DNA of 64,000 nucleotides, from contig JAHJBY010000033.1 in NCBI GenBank assembly GCA_018813285.1, forward strand, positions 3,723 to 67,722, in the 5' to 3' direction. The position numbers and the translations under genes were made by a program. The notes beneath the pieces are model-generated. The model was not told where the DNA came from. It searched no databases and worked only from the letters and a program-made list of their open reading frames with translations. Each line of letters opens with the position of its first letter. The first letter of the stretch is position 1. Origin of the DNA: Candidatus Omnitrophota bacterium (GTDB lineage Bacteria > Omnitrophota > Gorgyraeia > Tantalellales > Tantalellaceae). This document shows positions 58,443 through 64,000 of this stretch, piece after piece.

Positions 58443-61248
58443 TCCTTTTTCTCATCACGCAATAACACCGCTCACACAATTCCGGAAATTCTTTGTCCGT
58501 TCCAACCGTCTCGCTATAGTTCCAGCATCGCGGACACTTAAGTCCTCGCGCCCTTGAAACATCCATCTGAAAAGAAAGTCCTTCCACTTTCTCCGGCTCC
58601 GTCATCCCGGGTTCCGGCGCGTCCAAAACAACAGCCTGGGAAACCCTGAAAAGGAACGGAAACAAACCCACATTCGACGCGAGAAACATCCGCGTCTCCC
58701 CGTCATCGGAATGCAAGCTTATCTTTGCCTCAAGCGGGCTTCCGATAAGCCCTTCGGCTCTCTTCACCTCCAGCGTCGAGAGTACGCTGTCTCTCATTGC
58801 GAGTATCTTCTTCCACTTCGCGTCAAGCTCTTTATTTTCCCAGCCTGTCATCTCTTTCCCCGGATCCGGCCAGGCGGACATATGAACACTTTCTTCTTTA
58901 GCGTCAAAGACCATATGATCCCATACTTCTTCGGTCGTAAAGGCCAGTATCGGCGCCATAACGCGGGTCAAAACATGAAGTATCCGGAATATCACCGTCT
59001 GTCCGGAACGCCGCTCCGTTGAATCCGATGAAACAATATACAATACGTCCTTCAATACGTCCAGATAAAAAGCACTTACCTCCAAAACACAAAAATCATA
59101 CACCGCCCTGTATGCCCGATAAAATTCCCAGGAAGCGTAATGTTCGTTCACTTCTTTTGTAAGCCCGCATAACCTCGACAGCATCCATCGATCCGTTTCT
59201 TTCAGCTCCCCGGCCGCAACAATGTCGGTTGCCGGATCAAAGTCATAAAGATTGCTCAAAAGATAACGAAACGTATTCCGTATTTTTCGGTACCCATCGG
59301 ACAGGCGGGCGAGTATTTCGTCCGACAGTTTTATGTCTCCGTCGTAATCGCTTGAAGCGACCCAAAGCCTGAGAATATCGGCACCATATTTCTCTATCAC
59401 ATCACCCGGTGAAATAACGTTTCCGACAGATTTTGACATCTTCTTGCCGGCCGCGTCCACAACAAACCCATGTGTAAGCACCTTTTTGTAAGGAGGGCGG
59501 CCGGCGATCGCCATAGCCGTTATCAAGGCCGCTTGAAACCACCCCCTGTGCTGATCGGAACCTTCAAGATAAAGATCGGCAGGGGAATTCAGTTCGTCTC
59601 TCGCGTCAAGTACCGCCCGATGGCTCACGCCGGAATCGAACCAGACATCAAGAATGTCCTCTTCTTTAACCAAATCCGTTCCGCCGCATTTACAACAAAC
59701 CATTTTTTTCGGCAAAAACTCGCTAATGTCCTTCTCGAACCACACATCCGCGCCTTCCTGTTCCGTCAGGGAAGCGGTTTTACGTATGATCTCAGTATCT
59801 GTAAAAGTCTCGTCACAATCAACACATCGGATCGCCGGTATTGGAACCCCCCAGTAACGCTGTCTCGACAGGCACCAGTCCGGCCGATTTTTCACCATAG
59901 CTCCTATGCGTTCCTCCCCGGCGGCCGGGATCCATTCGACATCATTCCTTACGGCGCTGATCATATCCTCACGTAAACCGTTGTGATCTATGTTCATGAA
60001 CCATTGTTCGGTGGCACGGAAAATAATAGGGCTTCCGCATCGCCAGCAATGCGGATACGAGTGGGTGACATTTTCCGCGAGCACAAGCGTCCCACCTTTT
60101 CGCATGCGGTCGATTATAGGGCCGTTGGCGTCAAAAACATCCTGCCCGGTGAGATCCCCGGCTTCTTCAGTGAACCGGCCTGCCTTATCAACGAGCATAA
60201 TGATCGCGAGATCGAACTTTTTCCCGGTTATATAATCGTCTTGCCCGTGGCCCGGCGCCGTATGTACACACCCGGTCCCTTCTTCTTCTGTAACATACGC
60301 GGCAGTGACCAGAACAGAATCCCTCTCAAGGAACGGATGACGCGCTTTTTTTACGAACGCTGCTATCCCGCTCCCCAGCTTCGTTTCCACCACACGATGC
60401 CGCTTTATGCCGAACTTTTTCATCATACCGCCCGCGAGGTCAGAAAGCATGATCCATACTTCCTCACCGACATCAACAGCCGAGTAGCTAAGATCCGGAT
60501 TGAGGGCAACCGCCGCATTTGCCAAAAGCGTCCACGGAGTGGTGGTCCATATTATGAAGAACGTCTTTTTGCCGGCGAATTCCACCACGGAAGGAAATTT
60601 AACATAGACAGAAGGTGATGTCCTATCCTTATATTCCACCTCGGCTTCGGCGAGTGCCGTCTCACATTCCCAGCACCAGTTAACAGGTTTTAATCCTTTG
60701 TAGATATACCCTTTCTCGTATAGATCCGCGAGAGAAAAAAGGATACTCGATTCATATTCCTTTGTTAACGTCAGATAAGGGTTATCCCAGTCACCTAACA
60801 CGCCGAGCCGCTTAAATTCTTCTTTCTGGATACCTACAAATTTCATCGCGTAATCATATGCCTTCTTTCTAAACTCCACCTGACCAATATCGTTTTTGGT
60901 CATACCCAACTCTTTGAAAAGCTGATGTTCAACAGGCAATCCGTGGCAATCCCAACCCGGCACATAAGGAGCATAACACCCTTTCATGGCCGAATGTTTT
61001 ACGCAAATATCCTTGAGTAATTTGTTCAGCACGTGCCCCACATGAATGTGCCCGTTGGCGTACGGCGGCCCATCATGAAGTGTAAAAGTTTTACCGCTCC
61101 CGGCGCGCATGTCGAGAATGCGTTCGTAAATACCCATCTCGTCCCACTTCTTGAGGATCGCAGGTTCCTTCCGCGCGAGACCGGCCCTCATCTTGAACGA
61201 TGTTCGCGGCAAATTAAGCGTATCTTTGTAGTTCACTTTATCATCCAT
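58426..61248 (-). CDS. ileS: isoleucine--tRNA ligase
   Basis: HIGH-type PYANGHIHVGH, KMSKS, C-terminal Zn-binding cysteines. Start trimmed to MDDKVNYKDTLNLP. Confidence 0.9.
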   Translation of the reverse strand: MDDKVNYKDTLNLPRTSFKMRAGLARKEPAILKKWDEMGIYERILDMRAGSGKTFTLHDGPPYANGHIHVGHVLNKLLKDICVKHSAMKGCYAPYVPGWDCHGLPVEHQLFKELGMTKNDIGQVEFRKKAYDYAMKFVGIQKEEFKRLGVLGDWDNPYLTLTKEYESSILFSLADLYEKGYIYKGLKPVNWCWECETALAEAEVEYKDRTSPSVYVKFPSVVEFAGKKTFFIIWTTTPWTLLANAAVALNPDLSYSAVDVGEEVWIMLSDLAGGMMKKFGIKRHRVVETKLGSGIAAFVKKARHPFLERDSVLVTAAYVTEEEGTGCVHTAPGHGQDDYITGKKFDLAIIMLVDKAGRFTEEAGDLTGQDVFDANGPIIDRMRKGGTLVLAENVTHSYPHCWRCGSPIIFRATEQWFMNIDHNGLREDMISAVRNDVEWIPAAGEERIGAMVKNRPDWCLSRQRYWGVPIPAIRCVDCDETFTDTEIIRKTASLTEQEGADVWFEKDISEFLPKKMVCCKCGGTDLVKEEDILDVWFDSGVSHRAVLDARDELNSPADLYLEGSDQHRGWFQAALITAMAIAGRPPYKKVLTHGFVVDAAGKKMSKSVGNVISPGDVIEKYGADILRLWVASSDYDGDIKLSDEILARLSDGYRKIRNTFRYLLSNLYDFDPATDIVAAGELKETDRWMLSRLCGLTKEVNEHYASWEFYRAYRAVYDFCVLEVSAFYLDVLKDVLYIVSSDSTERRSGQTVIFRILHVLTRVMAPILAFTTEEVWDHMVFDAKEESVHMSAWPDPGKEMTGWENKELDAKWKKILAMRDSVLSTLEVKRAEGLIGSPLEAKISLHSDDGETRMFLASNVGLFPFLFRVSQAVVLDAPEPGMTEPEKVEGLSFQMDVSRARGLKCPRCWNYSETVGTDKEFPELCERCYCVMRKRSEDDG

Positions 61249-61252
61249 TGGA

Positions 61253-62116
61253 TCACATAAACCCCTCAATTATCGGCTTAAGTTTTTTTAACGTCTCGCG
61301 CGGCACAGCGTCTTTTGGCGTCAATATCGCGTGTTTTAACGCGTTCCTGCATTCGCAGGACGGCTCTTCGGGAAGAGCGGCGACAGTGTTTCTGATCAGT
61401 TCTTTCGCTATCTCAGTATTCTTTCTTAGATTCCCCATAATCATTTCAACCGAAACTGCTTCCACATCCAAGACCTCATACCAACAATCGTAGTCTGTTA
61501 TCATCGCGACCGTCGCGTAGCAAATACCGGCCTCGCGCGCCAGTCGTGCCTCCCAGAGGTTTGTCATGCCGATCACGTCAGCCCCCCAGCTTTTATAAAG
61601 AAAAGACTCCGCTTTTGTCGAAAAAGCCGGCCCTTCCATGTTGACATAAGTCCCGCCATTATGTATCTCAACGTCAAGATGCCGATTCGCCTCGTATATG
61701 GTCTCCCGAAGCTCCTTGCAAACAGGATCCGCGAACGGTACGTGAGCGACAATACCCTCTCCAAAAAACGTCATATTCTGGCCGCGGCTCGTTCTATCGA
61801 TAAACTGGTCCACAAGAAGAACGTCCAGCGGACGCACCTTTTCGGTAAGACTTCCAACAGCTGAAATTGAAAAAACGCGCCCTACCCCCAGAGCCTTGAA
61901 CGCGTACATATTCGCCCTGTAATTGACTTCGGACGGGAGTATATGATGCCGTCTTCCGTGACGCGCAAGAAAAACCACTTCTCGTCCGGCAAGTTTTCCG
62001 ATGCTAAACTCGTCTGACGGCCTTCCAAAAGGCGTCTTCACTCGAATGTTCTTCCCGATCTCGAGGCCGGGGATCTCATAGAGCGCGCTACCGCCGACAA
62101 TGCCGATCTTGTTCAT
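61253..62116 (-). CDS. mtnP: S-methyl-5'-thioadenosine phosphorylase (PNP family 2)
   Basis: MNKIGIVGGSALY ... VGMT... pattern typical of MTAP. Confidence 0.8.
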   Translation of the reverse strand: MNKIGIVGGSALYEIPGLEIGKNIRVKTPFGRPSDEFSIGKLAGREVVFLARHGRRHHILPSEVNYRANMYAFKALGVGRVFSISAVGSLTEKVRPLDVLLVDQFIDRTSRGQNMTFFGEGIVAHVPFADPVCKELRETIYEANRHLDVEIHNGGTYVNMEGPAFSTKAESFLYKSWGADVIGMTNLWEARLAREAGICYATVAMITDYDCWYEVLDVEAVSVEMIMGNLRKNTEIAKELIRNTVAALPEEPSCECRNALKHAILTPKDAVPRETLKKLKPIIEGFM

Positions 62117-62343
62117 TTGCCCAATACCTCCACTGTTTTATTTCTGCGTGTTTCCCCGGACACTATGGACACATGGCTCTTTGGCACACCATATTCTTTT
62201 GCCACAAGCTCCACCAACTCACGGTTTGCCTTACCTTTGTCCGGGGCGGCTCTCACATACGCCCTGAACTCGCCGTCTTTGCTAACAAGTTCACTGCGCG
62301 ATGATTTGGGGATGACCTTTATCTGAACCTTCATATTGAACAT
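62113..62343 (-). CDS. yggU: DUF167/YggU family protein
   Basis: 76 aa, KGKANRELVELVAKEYGVPKSHVSIVSG. Confidence 0.7.
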   Translation of the reverse strand: MFNMKVQIKVIPKSSRSELVSKDGEFRAYVRAAPDKGKANRELVELVAKEYGVPKSHVSIVSGETRRNKTVEVLGK

Positions 62344-62354
62344 CTCTTTTCTGT

Positions 62355-62651
62355 CTATCCCAACCGATACGCTATCTGATACAGAATATTGGTTATAAAA
62401 TTCTTTAGAACACTCAGCAGGATAAAAGCGACCACGGGAGAAAAATCCAGCATACCAATTTGCAGCGGAAGCCGTTTTAGCGGCGCCAATATCAGATCAG
62501 TTGCTCTGTAAATGATTTGAACGATCTCGTTATAGGGATCGGCGGCAACCCACGAGAGGATGATCCTTGTAACCAACAAAAAATACAGGATGTTAAAAAC
62601 AAGCGATATTAACAACGCTAGACTTTTAACCACCTCCGCGACAACAAACAT
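62355..62651 (-). CDS. yggT: YggT family membrane protein
   Basis: VTRIILSWV ... two YGGT repeats. Confidence 0.7.
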   Translation of the reverse strand: MFVVAEVVKSLALLISLVFNILYFLLVTRIILSWVAADPYNEIVQIIYRATDLILAPLKRLPLQIGMLDFSPVVAFILLSVLKNFITNILYQIAYRLG

Positions 62652-62819
62652 ACGTTAACCCCTCTCCGGCGCGCCGGTTTTTAAACATTCACGTTTCTAT
62701 ATTCATACATTCGGCGGCGCTAAACCCCGCCGTTTATGGCGGGGATACATGTGAGCCGCCTCAGTATGAATCCCTACCTGGAAACTCTGGGCTTCAGCCC
62801 GGGGAGTTGAAAGGATTCA

Positions 62820-63638
62820 TTATCCCGATAATTCCCCGGATCTCTCTTTTGCCCGAATGACCGCTCGCGCGATTATATCGTCCATCCCGTTCTTTTCAAA
62901 CACCGCAAGCGCCGCCTGAGTTGTCCCCCCTTTAGACGCCACCTTCCGGATCATGTCTTTTATATCGATGTCTTCCCCGGATCCACACCCGTTCTTCATC
63001 AGCAGCGACGCGCCGTAAACTGTCTGCGCGACAAGCTCCCTCGCGACCGCGCGATCCAGCCCGATCTTCTCTCCAGCGATTATCAGACTGTCCGCAAGGT
63101 AGAAAAAGTATGCCGGTCCGCTGCCCGCGATGGCTGTCGCGGCATCCAGCGCGAATTCGTCAACTTCGATCACCGTTCCAACGCTTGAAAGTATCTCTTT
63201 AACTTCTTTTTTTCGCGTGAGAGCGGCATTAAAAGAAACGCACGTAGCGCTTTCACCGACCATTGCCGCCATGTTGGGCATCGCTCTGGCGATCGGGGTC
63301 TCGTTCTCGTTTCCCAGGATACTTTCCATTGTGCTGATCCTCACACCCGCCATTATCGAAATGATCGTCTGCCCGCTGATATTTCCGCTGATCTCAGAAA
63401 GAAGGCCTTTTGAATCCCACGGTTCGACAGCGATGATCAGATAATCGGAGCCGTCAATAACGGCGGAGAGGCCGCCCGCACGGCAACCCGACACCCGCTT
63501 CGCCTCTTCCATCGCGGAGTTGCGCGTATCGGTCACAATAATGTTATCGATGTGTGTAACATTCTTTTTGACTATTCCTTTCAGAATAGCGTTACCCATA
63601 TTCCCGTGACCTATTATCCCTATCCTCAGGCCTTTCAT
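62820..63638 (-). CDS. proC: pyrroline-5-carboxylate reductase
   Basis: IGIIGHGNMGNAIL Rossmann motif; P5CR C-terminal dimerisation domain. Confidence 0.85.
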   Translation of the reverse strand: MKGLRIGIIGHGNMGNAILKGIVKKNVTHIDNIIVTDTRNSAMEEAKRVSGCRAGGLSAVIDGSDYLIIAVEPWDSKGLLSEISGNISGQTIISIMAGVRISTMESILGNENETPIARAMPNMAAMVGESATCVSFNAALTRKKEVKEILSSVGTVIEVDEFALDAATAIAGSGPAYFFYLADSLIIAGEKIGLDRAVARELVAQTVYGASLLMKNGCGSGEDIDIKDMIRKVASKGGTTQAALAVFEKNGMDDIIARAVIRAKERSGELSG

Positions 63639-63743
63639 ATAATGCCCCGCCTCCTGAAGTTATGACCGAATGGTAGAAAATATCACAATTCGCGTATGTT
63701 GTCAAACAATAGTGATGAAATAGGATTTAGCGGCAAAAGTGTT

Positions 63744-64000
63744 CTAAAAGTACTCATCCATAAAGCCGATAATCCGATCAAAAAACCATTTAAAGGGATT
63801 CACCTCTCCGCGTTTCAATCGGTTAGCCGCCCGCAGATGGTCCAGCACGCCCAAACATCCGATATATCTCATACGGTCGGTTGGCAGGTACTCAAGTGGC
63901 ATCGAAGAACAGGTCCCGTGCCTGACAGACCGGCCGGTCGCGAGACGCAAGCCTTCTGCAATCTCTTCACTTATTTCACATTCTCCTGAGACGATGATCG
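63744..64000 (-). CDS. 3' end of an unidentified CDS, 5' partial at the window edge
   Basis: Open frame runs to the window end (...IIVSGECEISEEIAEGLRLATGRSV...MDEYF*). Not recognisable as YggS. Confidence 0.25.
   Translation of the reverse strand, partial: IIVSGECEISEEIAEGLRLATGRSVRHGTCSSMPLEYLPTDRMRYIGCLGVLDHLRAANRLKRGEVNPFKWFFDRIIGFMDEYF

Noticed and set aside
62652-62819. proC-yggT spacer with three GC hairpins (ccggcgcgccgg-T5, ccccgcc-gtttat-ggcgggg, gggct-tcag-cccgg) considered as a riboswitch or sRNA
   Set aside because: I could not match it to any known leader. The T-run follows the hairpin only on the plus strand, where no gene is present. Left unassigned as a possible bidirectional terminator.
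63744-64000. Attempt to call the edge ORF as YggS (expected partner of proC-yggT)
   Set aside because: The C-terminal sequence lacks the LSMGMSxDxxxAIxxGSTxVRIGxxIFG signature, so only an unidentified partial CDS is reported.

Overview
This 64-kb window comes from a Gram-negative-type bacterium (lgt/lspA, BamE-like and entericidin-like lipoproteins, LPS heptose genes gmhA/rfaE2, type IV pilus genes). Almost all genes lie on the minus strand. Recognisable housekeeping content includes def-panD, aroB, aroQ, aroA, thiC, accB-accC-efp-pepP, mreBCD-mrdA-rodA, rluD-lgt-lspA-dksA-like-ileS, mtnP-yggU-yggT-proC and a tRNA-Gly(CCC). Against this background, a 5' partial IS200-like tyrosine transposase (RAYT-like) sits at the window start, next to a REP/BIME-like mosaic repeat family seeded at eight or more intergenic sites, together with (CAGCTGT)n, (GAGGCACA)n and (GGTGATG)n microsatellite-like runs. 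Second, there is a dense c-di-GMP module: four stand-alone PilZ paralogs in 7 kb interleaved with two KLGRG-motif small secreted proteins, plus an HD-GYP phosphodiesterase, a GGDEF protein with a degenerate GISGF active site and a stand-alone MshEN-like domain. Third, a type IV pilus block holds two pilins, pilC, two tandem PilB/GspE ATPases, the MshEN-like protein and pilT, with no secretin in the window. Fourth, an ExeA/GspA-like AAA ATPase and GspB-like partner are the only substantial plus-strand operon. Fifth, a duplicated ~190-bp intergenic element with a perfect palindrome (ttgaatattcaa) and (GCAAAT)n runs sits upstream of mrdA and lgt. No CRISPR array, rRNA or obvious prophage was found. 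All functional calls are from reading motifs in the translated ORFs; no database search was possible.
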